Made by a program: the position numbers and the translations under genes | Shown here: positions 39,351 to 52,713 of the stretch, piece after piece | Numbering within the stretch: position 1 is the first letter of the stretch | Layout of the letters: the number at the start of each line of letters is the position of its first letter | The notes under the pieces: generated by a model | Database searches by the model: none | What the model was told of the DNA's origin: nothing | The model's input: the letters and a program-made list of their open reading frames with translations, nothing else | Assembly: GCF_009914755.1 (NCBI RefSeq) | Contig: NC_060935.1 | Origin: the human T2T-CHM13v2.0 reference genome, Homo sapiens | Direction: 5' to 3' (one strand) | Length of the DNA: 64,000 nucleotides

Positions 39351-40290
39351 CTTCATTGCATCACCAGGCTTGTTCAGGGTAAAGAAAAGGAAGGGATAGG
39401 TTATTTTCTAGGGCTGAGACCACTGTTAGTACTCAACCAGAAGGCAAATGAACATGCATCTGACTACATTCCACAACTCTGACACTGCCACTTTAGCTTC
39501 TAAGCTTCTCTCTGAGAGCTTACTCTCAGAGTCAATAAAATGCAACTGGTCATGCTTACAGTTTAAGCCTACTAGCTCCTTGCAACATACCTGACATATG
39601 TGTTTCCACTGTAAACAACTGTGCATGAAAAGAGAAAGAAAGAAAATGACAGTTGTTGACTTTCCACTGGAAAGGATGGGGTAAACTACAACAAAGACAT
39701 TGTCATTTAGAAGAAGTAAAAAGAGCTCTTGGACTACTTGTGCTAAAGCGTTTCCACTTGGAAATGGCAGCTGCAGGCCAGATGGTCATTTGTGGGCAGA
39801 TAGAGCTGGGAAACTAAGCATGGCTTGTGATGAGAAAGAGAAGAAAATACAAAAACAAAACTTGCTTTCCTTTGGAAAATATTGCCTCAGCCTGCTGAGG
39901 GAATTTACCTCATCAGTAACCACAGTCAAAGTGATTTTGAATATGAAGATGAGCCTCCTACTTCTTATCCTCAAACAACAGCAACAACAACAAAAAACCT
40001 GTGGATTCCCTGTAGTGCTCCTATTTCTGGCACTAAGCCAGGTGATGAGTTGTCTTCAATGACAACATAACTCAAAGACAAGATGATATTAGGATTCAAA
40101 GGTTTTCATCTATGAAGATTTGGTTTACATAAAGGAAACATTTTTTAGGAGACTTACACTTTTTTTCAAGGCCGCAATTGTTGGCCTTACCTTCATGATG
40201 CAGACTCCCTTATTTTAGAGTTCCTTAAGGCCAAGCACCCTGTCTTAGTCACTTTTGTAGGGCTGACACTTGCTATGTGTTCAACAGATG

Positions 40291-40346
40291 GTGTGTGTGT
40301 GTGTGTGTGTGTGTGTTTGTGTGTGTGTGTATTGACGAGAGAGAGA
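40291..40346. repeat. (GT)n microsatellite with one interruption, followed by a short (GA)n
   Basis: Read directly from the sequence. Confidence 0.97.
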
Positions 40347-41641
40347 AACAACAAAACAAATGAAGGAGAAGGGAAAGTGGAGAAGAGGGCAAGAAGGGTA
40401 TGGGACATAGAAGAAGGAGGGAGCAAAGGAATGAAGAAGGCAGAACAGAGCATGAAAACAGAAGCCAGGTAGAAGCACAAACTTTTCAATAGATGGCAAC
40501 AGGGGAAAGTTTCAGCCTCCTCAGCAGATGATTAAAGAACAAGTGGACAGCTGCAGCTTTCAGAGGCTATCAAGACAGATGACCATTGTATACACATGAG
40601 TCCCAGGAACTGTGGAGTACAGGGCTGTAGAACAAGAAGAAAAGTCCTGAATGGGCCTCAGCCTTATACCTGAATTGACTGAAATTACCTGGAAGTGGCT
40701 AGATCAAGTGATCTGTGGCTAGAAGAATGGAGAGTCAGGATAGAAAGTCGGTTATAGGAAAAGTAAAGCCAGTTTTCGCATACTTGAAGTTTTAACATAA
40801 GCTACATGCTCCACAAAGTGCTTTCCATTTAATTCATTTGGTCAAGTATTTGTTGAGAGCCCAATATGATATCTGAAAAGCCATATTCCTATCATGTGTA
40901 AAATTTTCTTGCTTTGACTTTGAAATTAAATTGACCAGGGGCCCTCTCAATGGTGATTAAGATATCACTTTTCTAAAGATAGGATCTTGAAGAGAAAAAT
41001 CTCTCAAATACTTTCCAGCTATAGGGATAAATATTTCAGAGTTTCTGTGTCTTAATGGTAACATATCAACACAGCATGTTGCAACTACAAAATGTGAAAT
41101 TGACATTATTATCCGCTTACTAAATGAAGGAGAAAATGGAGAATAGGAAGTTTAATAAGTGACTTTCTAAAGACAGTTATTCTGTGACCCAAACTCCCAT
41201 TTTTTCTTTAATGTCAAAAGCCCTGCCTTTCTGCTCCACCGTATCTTTCACTCATGGATAGTTTAAGGAGTTAGTTTTACAGGCTCAGAAACTAGATTTT
41301 AACAGTTCACTCAGACAATTGGGTTCTGGAAAATGGATTTGCTAACCCCACTCACAAAAAACTAATTTCCACTGGGAGGTGGAGAAGAAATACTTGGTTC
41401 CAGAATGAGGGACACATATCTGCTCAGGAAATGCTAGTTATCTGAAAAAAAACTAACTCCTCAGACTACGTTTAGGTTTCCAGACAAAACAAAAATCAGA
41501 GGCAGTGCGGCAGTCTGTGTGAACGTGGCCAGTAAGGTTGGAAAATTCTGGTTTTAATTTGAATGAGACTCTTTAACCATAAGATTATTCAGAACTTTTA
41601 ATATGCTAATGTTACTTCTATAGGAGTAAAGCATTTGTAAC

Positions 41642-42014
41642 TAATATGGTTTGGCTGTGTCCTCACCCAAATCTCATTTTGAACTGTAGTTACTATAATC
41701 CCCACATGTTGTAGGAGGGATGCAGTGGGAGGTAGTTGAATCATGGGGGCAATTGTCTCCATGATAGTGAGCTTTCACAAGATCTGATGGGTTTATAAGT
41801 GCGAAATTGACATTATCATCCCCGTCTTAGCTCTGAACTTCTCCTTGCTGCTGCAATGTGAAGAAGGACATGTTTACTTCCCCTTCTGCCATGATTGTAA
41901 GTTTCTTGAGGTTTCCCCAGCCATGCTGAACTGTGAGTCAATTAAACCTCTTTCCTTTATAAATTATGCAATCTCAGGTATGTCCTTATAGCAGCGTGAG
42001 AATGGACTAATACA
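41642..42014 (+). mobile_element. THE1D-like solo LTR
   Basis: taatatggtttggctgtgtcctcacccaaatctc...atgtgaagaaggacatgttt...tgtgagtcaattaaacctctttcctttataaatt...gagaatggactaataca. Confidence 0.92.
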
Positions 42015-42409
42015 TACATTTCCAAATGCACTCGGCCATAAAAACACCATTTCCACAAACATCTACAAATTCTCATTTTTAGGAAAGAAAAACTTAGAAA
42101 AGGAGGTGTTGACTATTTTTAAAGCAGTTATTCCATTAAGCTATAGGATCCTGATAAGTTGCTGTTCTCAAAGCCAAAGGTACAGTGCCTAGAAACTACT
42201 GTGCCACTTTCTTGAAGAAAGTGGTGATGTATTGGTATATTTTTATACCTTGATTCTATTTTATATACCATACCAGCTGTTCTTTTAATTTAATGGCCTT
42301 TTGTGGACAATATAACCCAGCTAAATGGCTTACCATTTTGTTTACTTCAATTGCAATCTCTTCATGTTGATGTTAATAATTGTAATAATAAAAATGGTAA
42401 AAAAAAATG

Positions 42410-42620
42410 AGAGATTCTATTTCTTGAATGTTTATTATTTGCTAAACACCATATCAGGTGCACTATTTAATTCATTCCTTGAGTAGTTACCACTTTTTTC
42501 CATTTTACAGACAGAAACTAAGGCTCAAAGAGGTTAGGTTACTCTCTCAAGATCATACAGCTAGGAAGATAGAAATTTGAAATTATAATCAAATATATTT
42601 GACTTACATACTCTTTTGTT
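42410..42620 (-). mobile_element. MIR
   Basis: ccattttacagacagaaactaaggctcaaagaggttaggttactctctcaagatcatacagctagg. Confidence 0.8.
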
Positions 42621-43514
42621 AACTAGGATGATATTCAATCTCAATTTCTCTTGATTACCTTAATTGGACCTGGGAGATGGCCAAATGTTATTGTAAAGAT
42701 GGTGGACATACCTAAAATTCAAGTCTATCCCTCAAGGTTGGGATAGAGAAGTTTATGAAAGTGAAGGTTGAAAGTGTCCATCATGCTGCACAGTGATAGC
42801 CAGAATCATTCCCTATAATCATGGAGATAAGGAGGGGAAAAGAGAATGCAGAGACAATGAGTGAATGGACAAAAGCATGCCTCTATAATTAACCAAGCCT
42901 TTTCAACCCTTAAGGGATGAGGCAAAAGCATAATCAGATACTGGATGCCCCACAAGAAGAGGCCTTTCTTTGATGGGTCTCACCATCTTCATTAGCTTTC
43001 TCATTCTCAAACATTGGAGTGGACCCAAATTTTACAGTGACTATGTTTTTTAAACCAAGGTCTGGTACAGGTATTTTGGCAAAAATTTTTGCTATTCTTG
43101 GTGAATTAATATTTTTGAAGTCTACAAAGTTATAAACATTGAGTCACACTAAGCATTGTATTTTATGTATATGTATATATGCATGTATGTATGTAATTTT
43201 CACACCACCTTTATAAAAGAATTTAAAGCACATATTTATTTTTTAATTGCAAGTATTGAAAACAATAAAATTAAATGAAATTGAAATAATCATGTTTCTA
43301 TACTATTTGGAGTTTCCTACAGCATAATGAACATTATAATGTTTCCTTGTTTCCCAAAGCATACAAAGGTTATCAACTGACTCTTTTATTTGACATAGTT
43401 TGTTGCTTAAAAACAAACCAAAAAATAAGCAAAACACTCAGGGATTTTGAAGTTGGGCTTATATTTTTTAAATACACTTATATTGGAACTCTATGATATG
43501 CAGTATGTAACATG

Positions 43515-43910
43515 TGACGTGGTGGGTATGGTGATGTGCTGTCAAATCCCCATACTCTCATCAGAGATGTTTTAACTATCTATCCTTTCAAGGATTGTCT
43601 TAACTGCAGAAAGCACCTTTTCCAAGATCATTCTCTTCTTGGGAGAGCTTAGATACAATGATTGATCAAAGTGAGGGATAAAAGCCTAACTATTTCAGCT
43701 TGATGACTGTGATAGGCTGTTTTCACTCCAAACCTCCTTGTGGGGTGGCTGAGACAGTTGAGAAGCCTACACTGCAGCTCGACTTTCTCCTCTGTCCAAT
43801 TCTGCTTTCCTTCCCTTCCCTCCACTGGTTGATCCCAAGAGCACTCATAACACCGGAATGTGCTTAAACTTTACATCAGAGTGTGCTTCCCAGAGAAGTT
43901 AACCTGAGAC
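43515..43910 (+). mobile_element. LTR16-family (ERVL) solo LTR
   Basis: caaggattgtcttaactgcagaaagcacct...gcagctcgactttctcctctgtccaattctgctttccttccc...gttgatcccaagagcactc...cagagtgtgcttcccagagaa...aacctgagac. Confidence 0.75.
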
Positions 43911-43911
43911 T

Positions 43912-44900
43912 TTCCACTAGAATATAAGCTTCTGGAGGGCAGGGATCTTTGTCTATCTTGTTCACAAATGCTAATGTATCCCCAGTGTCTAGGACAATAT
44001 CTGCCAAATAATATATGCCTAGTAAATATTTTATGATTAACTAAGGCTTCATCTACATGGTGTACAATATTTAGGAAGAAAATAAGATACTTCTAATAGC
44101 AGGGTAAAATTTCCAAACAAGTGTCTTTCTGTGGCTTTTACTATGAACCAGCCAACCCAAATAAGCAGAATTGTAGAGGCAGCATATGATTCAGCCAACT
44201 ACTTCATTCATTCTTTCAACATTTGTTGATGGTCAACTATGTGTTAGTTACTAAGTGGAAGAAAAAGATAAATTAAAAAAAAACAGTGGCTTCTCTCAAG
44301 TAGCTCATCATTAACTTGCAAAAAAATAAAAAATAAATAAATAGGTAATTACATCATAGTAGTAAGTACAGTAATAAAGAGTGAACACAAAGAACTGTTA
44401 GAGCACATGGGAAGACAAAACAGCAAACCTAAACTCAGAAAAAACTAAGAAGGATTCTCAGAGGATGTGACATCTGTGGGGGTTACTGAGGGTGTGGCAC
44501 GCCATTAAGATCACAAACTGAAGTTCATTTCCCTGGGTTCAAATATTTTGTGTTGTACATACAAGAAAGAGGTGGGCAAGTTACTAAAACCCTACTTCCA
44601 TAATCAACACTGTGAAAATAAGAGTATTATGAGGGTTAAGTGAATCAACATCTGTGAAGCACTGAGAACATAATCTGCCCAATTGTAAGCTCTCACCAAG
44701 TGTTAATTAATCGATAAAATCATAATGGGTAAATAGGATTATCCCAGTGGGAAAGCACTTTCCAGGGAGAGATTAGCAAGTACAAAGGCCGGGGACATGA
44801 GCAAGTCTGAGACCTTCAGGGACATGCAGGTCATGCAGTTTGTTTAGGACAATAGACATGTGAATGGAAGAAAGACTGGAGAGGAGAGGAGGTGGGGTAG
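43912..44900. mobile_element. L2 3' ends in both orientations plus a MIR
   Basis: ccactagaatataagctt...gagggcagggatctttgtctatcttgttcac...tatccccagtgtctagg (L2 +); ttcattcattctttcaacatttgttga (L2 -); MIR at about 44490-44710. Confidence 0.7.
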
Positions 44901-46389
44901 GTGGAGAGTCCAGGATGAATGCTATCTCCCGGGAGAAATGTGGATCCACCAGGGCTAGGTCATAAATTCCTTTAGAGAGAGGATCTGTTGAAGGGTCCTA
45001 CTACTTAATGTCTTAAAAAAATTCCTCTGAAAATGTAAACCAACCAATTTGATCAAATTGGAAATACTTAGCAAATATCACAGTCATATGACTATCAGAA
45101 CTTCTATAAATGAATAACTTCAATCACATAAGCTGAAGAAAACATGAATATTCCCTTCTCATAGAATTTGCTTTTTGTCTCTGATGACAATCATTGAGTG
45201 CAAGGCCTCTACTATCTCTAAGAAAAAGAGACAACATGGTATCTGGAATATTTCATCTTATACATTTAGATATGATTGCAGCATCAGTAGATTAGTGTCA
45301 AAATGTTCTGGGAATATTTACTTAATCCCAGGTATTAGGTTCAGAAATAAGAAGATATCACAGACTTTACAGTTAAGGAAATATGATTAACTTTTTCCTT
45401 GGTGATGTCTCAATAGTATCTCCATCACCTTTTCTCCTTGCAAAAAGTAAAGAATATATGCCCTCATAATCACCTTTTGAGTGTCTCAAAATGCTAGTAT
45501 TTCTAGTTAATATGACTCTAGTATAATCACAATTAAATCAAACATCGCCTATGGCTGGTTTTAACTTAATTTCACAAATAATGAAGCTGTGACAAATATG
45601 AATAAGCAGACCAGTGTCTCCCTGTAACATGGTAAAGAGTATGATAGAAATGTTGACACTATAACCAACCCTTTCAGTGAGCTATACATGTGACCTATCA
45701 ATTTGCTTCAATATAAAACAGGTAGCATATCAATGTCTTGAAAAATATAGCAGTTGGGCAGAAATGGCTATGGAGATTTTTCCAGATAAACAGCGTATAT
45801 AGTCCATTTGCAAGGATTCAAGAGAACTTGCATGATTCATGAATTATCTTGAGAGCTGGACATTAAACTTTAGATAGAAAAGTCCAACATTCTTTCCCTT
45901 TGCAGAGTCTCCAACTCTGGCCAAAGCCTTCTTTATTTTGCCTTGAAGAGGCTTCTAGAGTTCACTTAATGAGGACCACTTCCAATGGAGTGATACAGAA
46001 TCCTTGTCATGATGTGTGAGATCACACTGGAATAGGATCAGGAAAGACATAAACAATCTGGCCTCCAGGCAGCAATGTAAAACTCCTGTACCCTTGGCAG
46101 TGTCTACTTGTGAATCAAGCCCTTCCATGTCTGGCTAACAAAAGGCAAGAACCTTTCATTTCTTGTGGAAATGGAAAACCAGTGCTTCCAGTGTTTGCCT
46201 TCAAATGCAGTCTGGAACTGGGAGAGGATCTCATGCATAAGGCAGTCTTTTCAGCAGTAAAACATTTGGAGAAATGTCAGGGTGGAGACTGTTTCCAGCT
46301 TAAACTATGCTTCAATGCTTGTGCTTAAAGCATAGATTCAGAAAATTTTGCTCCAAAATGTATAGGCTTGGCTGAAATGGTATGAGCTA

Positions 46390-46610
46390 AGTTTCTCTCT
46401 TTTCTTCCTTTCAAATTTTTCTATGCTCCTATTGTTCCATTATTTTAAAATTTCCTTTTATCTTCTCCCTCCTTTTTCTGTCTTCTTTTTTCTCTTTATT
46501 TTTTATCTTGTATTCCTTCAACCACTTTTCTTTTCCTTCCTTCATTCTTTTCTTCTCATTATTTTTTCTTTTCTTCATTTACTTCTTCTCTACTTTCCTT
46601 CCCTCATATT
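46390..46610. repeat. Pyrimidine-rich low-complexity tract
   Basis: Mostly T/C. It explains the F/L-rich ORF 46423-46623. Confidence 0.8.
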
Positions 46611-48435
46611 TAGTGAAGTTTAATTGTTGGTAAAATGAAGTTAAAGTCACCAACAGAAAATTTTCATTTAATTATAATTACACTAGATCTGCATTATCTA
46701 GAAAATCTTAAAATTTCAGGATAATCAAAAAAAATTTTGAGAGTATATATTCTTCACTTTTTGCAAGTTGTAAATGGGATGAATATGCCACTGAGACATG
46801 AGAAATAGAGAAAGAAGTTGTGCATGCTTCCTTAAATATAGTCAGTGATTTTTTCTTCCTCTCTTCCTTTCTGCCTTTCTGACCTCCTATATTCCTGTCT
46901 TCCTTTTCCTTTCCTTTCTTCCTTCCTCCTTTAGTTTTTTTCTACTATTATTCTCACATTTTTCTCACTATACTTATTCCTCAAGATGAGTATATCAGTT
47001 ACTGCCACCACATGCTATAGATTAGAAAATTAAAATGCTGAGGGATTATTTATCAAGAATTACTATCAAAGTGGCATAATTTTTTAGCTCTACTTACCTC
47101 TCTCTTGTGAAAATAGGATTAACAAACATTTATGTCCCCTCAACCCCACCCAGGTGACTATTACCCAAATTATTCCAACACCTAAGACAATCAATGGCTT
47201 ACTATTTGAATAAAAATAATAGTGGAATAATTCCAAAATAACCCCATCATGAAACATAGTTATGCATTCATGAAGTAATTTAAATGTTTACTGGCAGCTT
47301 GTTTACATGTGTGCTAGGCATTATGGATACAACAATGGACCAAATGAATTCACTTCTAGTTAGGGAATTACAGTTCTAAAGTAAGATTTTTAAATGGAGA
47401 AACATTATGTCATATTGCCTCAAAATATAATCTTTGCAATCAAGCATATCTGGACTCCAATCCTGATTTGGCCTCAAAATGGTTATGTGACTTCAGACAA
47501 TTACTTAATATCTTTAAGTCTTAAGTTCATAAAATAGCAATAATTACTACCATCGCAATGGTTATAATTGTGAAAGTAATGTGTTAATCACGGTGCCTGA
47601 CAGTGCTGATATTATTAGGTCAAAAATATATGCAGAGCTGAATTGTGGGAATAGTTCCACAATTCTGTAAATCTATTTTACATCACACACTTACAATGGA
47701 TAAATTTTATAATAAATTATACCTCAAAAAGGCTTGAAAAGAGATTTATGTATAATGATACGGAAGTTCAAAAGAAAAAATACTTCTCCAAAAGGAAAAA
47801 GGATAGAGGAAATAAAGGCAAGTAGAGGAGGTATGAAGAGATTGTTAAGAAAGGGTAAGAGCTCTGCAAGCAGCCATGAAGTCACCAGGTGTAGGGAAGG
47901 ATTTTGGTCAAAACATAGGAATTACAGTTTCTGGTGGTGAGTCTTGAATATTTTCCAAAAAAATTCGGATACAATCCACGAGATAGTGAAGAATTTAAAT
48001 GCTTCCAAGCCAAATGTGAAAAAACTGGACCTGTGCTTTATTAATATGGACAAAAGGCCAGTTAGAAATCTACAGCCAAGCCACATCAGAAGAAATAAGG
48101 ACCACAGGAAGAGAGGGAGCAGCAAAGAGGGATTAGATATAAGAGATCACAGTGGGTAGGGAGGATGAAAATTTTGGAACGTGTTGACTAACTAGAGGAA
48201 TGCAGAAGAAAGAAAAATCAAAATGACTTAGGTTTTGAACTTGGATGTTAAATTTTTAGTAGACTGAATTTGAATTAATGATGGTACATATGGATGGGTA
48301 TTCAGTAGGGATGTTTAGTACATTGATAAATTATGAGTCTAAACCTCTGTAGCCAGAGATGATAACTCACTTGAAAAATAGCTCAACTAACTTGAGCTCT
48401 GAGCTGCAAATTAGACCTTAAGTTTGTATTGTGTG

Positions 48436-50676
48436 TGTATTATTCCGCTTTCGCGCTGCTGTTATATGAAGACATACCTGAGACTGGGCAATTTACAAAT
48501 GAAAGAAGTTTAATGGAGAACTCACAGTTCCACGTGGCTGGGGAAGCCTCACAATCATGGTGGAAGGCAAGGAGGAACAAGTCACATCTTATGTAGATGG
48601 TGGCAGGCAAACAGAGAGCTTGTATAGGGAAACTCCCATTTTTAAAACCATCAGATCTCGTGAGACAGTACGGGAAAGACCCACCCCCATGATTCAGTTA
48701 CCTCCCACCAGGTCCCTCCCACAACATGTGGGAATTCAAGATGAGATTTGGGTGGGAACAAAATCAAACCATATCATTCCGCTACTGACTCCTCCCAAAT
48801 CTCAAGTCCTCATATTTCAAAACCAGTCATGTCTTCCCAACATTTCAACATTTACTCAAAAGTTCAGAGTCCAAAGTCTCATCTGAGACAAGGCAAGTCC
48901 CTTCTGCCTATGAGGCTGTAAAATCAAAAGCAAGTTAGTTACTTCCTAGATACAGTGGGGTTACAGACATTGGGTAAATACAGCCATTGCAAATGGGAGA
49001 AATTGGCCAAAACAAAGAAGCTACAGGCCCCATGCAAGTCTGAAATCCAGTGGGACAGTTAAATCTTAAAGCTCCAAATCTCTTTTGACTCCATGTCTCA
49101 TATCCAGGTCATGCTGATGTAAGATGTGGGCTCCCATGGTCTTAGGCAGCTCTGCCCGTGTGGCTTTCCAGGGTACAGCCTCCCTCCCACCTGTTTTCAT
49201 GGGCTGGTGTTGAGTGTCTGTGGCTTTTCCAGGCACACAGTGCAAGCTGTCAGTGCATCTACCATTCTGAGGTCTGGAGGACGGTGGCCCTCTTCTCACA
49301 GCTCCATTAGGTGGTGCCCCAGTAGGGAGTCTGTGTGGGTGCTCTGACCCAACATTTCCCTTCCTGTGCTAGCAGAGGCTCTTCATGAGAGCCCTGCCCC
49401 TGTAGCAAACTTCTACCTGGACATCGAGTTGTTTCCAAACATCCTCTGAAATCTAGATGGAGGTTCCCAAACCCCAGTTCTTGACTTCTGTGCACTCACA
49501 GGCTCAACACTACATGGAAGCTGCTGAGGCTTTAGGCTTGCATCCTCTGAAGCCACGGCCCAAGCTCTATGTTAATGCCTTTCAGCCATGGCTGGAGCAT
49601 CTGGTATGCAGGGCATCAGGTGCATAGGCTGCACACAGCACGAGGACCCTTGGCAGAGCCCACAAAACCACTTTTTCCTCCTAGGTCTCTAATGGGTGGG
49701 CTTGCTGTGACAACCTGACATGCCCTTGAGATACTTATTCCATTGTCTTGGGGATTAACATTTGGCTTCTCATTACTTATGCAAATTTCTGCAGCCAGCT
49801 TGGATTTCTCCTCAGAAAATGGGATTTTCTTTTCTATCAGATTATCAGGCTGCAACTTTTCTGAACTTTTATGCTCTGTTATCTTTTTAAAACTGAATGC
49901 CTTTAACAGCACCCAAGTCACCTATTGAATGCTTTGCTGCTTAGAAATTTCTTCTGCCAGATACCCTAAATCATCTCTCTCAAGTTCAAAGTTCCACAAA
50001 TCTCTAGGGGAGAGTCAAAATGCCACCAGTGTTTTTGCTAAAACATAGCAAGAGTCACCTTTGCTCCAGTTCCCAACAAGTTCCTCATCTCCATCTGAGA
50101 CCACCTAAGCCTGAATTTAATTGTCCATATCGCTATCAGCATTTTGTTCAAAGCCATTCAACAAGTCTCTAGGAAGTTCCAAACTTTCCCACATTTTCCT
50201 GTCTTCTTCTGAGACCTCCAAACTGTTCCAACCTCTGCTTGTTACCCAGTTTCAAAGTCACTTCTACATTTTCTGGTATCTTTTCAGCAATGCCCCACTC
50301 TACTGATACCAATTTACTGTATTAGTCTGTTTTCATACTGCTGATAAAGACATAGCTTACACTGAGCAATTTACAAAGAAAAGAGGTTTAATGGAGAACT
50401 CACAATTCCATATGGGTGGGGAAACCTCACAATCATGGCAGAAGGCAAGGAGGAGCTAGTTACATCTTATGTGGATGGCAGCAGGCAAAGAGAGAGCTTG
50501 TGTAAGGAAACTCCTATTTTTTAAAAACCATCAGATCTCATGAAACTTATTCACTATCACAAGAACATCACGGAAAAGACCCACCCAATAATTCAATTAC
50601 CTCCCACCAGGTCCCTCTCACAACACATGGAAATTACAAGATGAGATTTGGGTGGGGACATAGCTAAACCACATCA
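48436..50676 (-). mobile_element. Complete THE1C MaLR: 3'LTR 48436-48776, internal region 48777-50317, 5'LTR 50318-50676
   Basis: Two homologous LTRs (tgtatt...gacata...ggaaactcc...aaaaccatcagatctc...gatgagatttgggtgggg...atca) around a typical THE1-int. Perfect 5-bp TSD gtgtg at 48431-48435 and 50677-50681. Confidence 0.96.
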
Positions 50677-52359
50677 GTGTGTCTAACCTGTTAATCCCCT
50701 GGCCTGAGGTTCTTGTTTGATCTCTGCATAACTCAAACTGCTCATTTAAGAATTAGTCTTTTTCTGAGGTGGACATCTGAGGTTTTCATCAAATTCTCAA
50801 AGAAGCCCAGGACCCCAAAAAGGTTAAGAATCATTGGTATAACCAATCAATGCCAGTCAAATGAGAAAAAAAAGGGATTATTTTAACTTTTCATTCTCTT
50901 TTTCTATCCAAAGGTCTGGCTCAGATGAATTCATAGAGACACACCCTTTGGTCTCCATTTTTGGTGTGTGACACCATTTTCCATTTCCATTTTTACATTT
51001 TCGGCTTCACTCTCATGCTCCAAGTTCCAGATAATTTGGTCATGGTCTGGCTACTCTCCAAAGAGAAATACATTTTTTAAAATGCGCTGCTTGTTCATGT
51101 TTGATTATAAAGAATTATTCTCAAAAGGATTTCTGAGCTGAAACATTTCTGTTAATTGCACTGACACATCGAAGACCAGTTTTCTAGGGGTAAAGTGTGG
51201 ATGAGAAATACAAGATGTCACATGAAGTAGACACATGGAAAGTTTTTTTAAAAAAATTATATCCAGATAGTCATTATTCTATGTCATTAACGTAGTCTTG
51301 GAAGGGAAGTTAGTGAAGAAAATTTGAGAACGCATTGTTTTACCAACAAGGAAGTCTAAATAGAATAGTTGCAAAATAGCTCATATGCTTTTGTTGACAC
51401 GGATCATTTTTCTTTATTGCCTAGTTTTGCCTTTTTCCTTGAGAAGATATATAAAACCGAGTATGTTGCTGTGTGTAAAAGTCTTTTAATTAGGCTGCAT
51501 GGTACAAAGCATGGTTCAGTGAAGGAAACACAGATGTTGGGGTAGAGAAGCACACCCAGTTTTATTGCCTATTTTAGCAACTTCTCTGTTCTGTGCCTGA
51601 AAACCCTAAGATTAATGCCAACTGTAAGAACTCAGCCTCCCAAGTGGTTTGGTGAAAGAAGACATCTCCTTCCTGAACTGACCTGAAGAAATCAGGGAGA
51701 AATCTCTCCTAGAAAACCAGGCAGGCTCAGACTCATTCCATGAACTTCAGAGCCCACTTTCATTGTCTCTATTAGGAATAAGTAATGGTGATAGAAATCA
51801 GCCAGATGAATTCAGATGCTTCATAAGATGGTACCAAAAATCTGCTGGATTTGAGGCCCCAATTCCCGAAGTTTAGATTTTAGGTAATTACTGATGCTTA
51901 TTTGCTGTGGGAAGTGCTTCTTTTCTCAAATTCATTTTATGGCTGAATATTTCCAAGCAGAAAATAGGCACCAAATGTCCCCATGTGGCAATAAGTCCCT
52001 GTGTATTTTATCCAAAAAATAATGTTGAGTCATGTGTAATAAATACTCATCCTTCAATCTGCTAAGCATCCTGCAGTTCGAGAATTTTGTAATTTTAGAC
52101 ATCCACCCAAAAGAGGTGAGTGGGAGCCATGAAGCATATTCAGGAGGGCCCTTACCTTCACGCTCCAATATTTTCTATCCACCAATCTTAGTTCTGCCCT
52201 ATGAAAGTACACACAATAAGCTTAATCCTGTGGCTACAAGGCAGGCTTTCAGATAAATTTAGACAGCTATCATGCCAGCACTAAACCCTTTCTTCCCTGA
52301 GTAAATGCCTCCAGAGCGCTGAACCAGTCCTTGCATAACATGCTTTCCAAGTCACTCAC

Positions 52360-52713
52360 TGCTATAGACTAAATGTCTGTGTCTCCTCCAAATCCCTTTG
52401 TTGAAGCCCTAATCTTCAATGTGATAGCATTTAGAGATGGGGCCTTAGGAGATAATTAAGTTTAGGTGGACTCAGGAAGGCGTAGCCCCTGTGATGAGAT
52501 TAGTGCCCTTAGAAGATGAAGAGATCAGAACTTGCTCTCTGTGTGCATGCACCATGGAAAGGCCATGTGAGAATGGGAGCCCTCACCGAAACTCTAACCA
52601 TGTTGGCACCCTGATCTCAGACTTTCAGCTTCCTAAACTTTGAGAAATAAGTCTTTTGGTTTAAGCCATCCAGTCTGAAGTATTTGTTATTGTAGCCTAA
52701 GCTGACCAAGATA
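52360..52713 (+). mobile_element. MLT1A0-like solo LTR
   Basis: tgctatagactaaatgtctgtgtctcctccaaat...gttgaagccctaat...ggcaccctgatctcagactttcagc...tttaagccatccagtct...gctgaccaagata. Confidence 0.87.

Noticed and set aside
39700-40062. 120-aa ORF with a polyQ run
   Set aside because: It starts at TTG, and the Q run comes from a short (CAA)n repeat. Nothing else supports coding.
48557-50306. Cluster of ORFs in the THE1C internal region
   Set aside because: They are fragmented, on both strands, and typical of non-autonomous MaLR internal sequence. No intact gag or pol.
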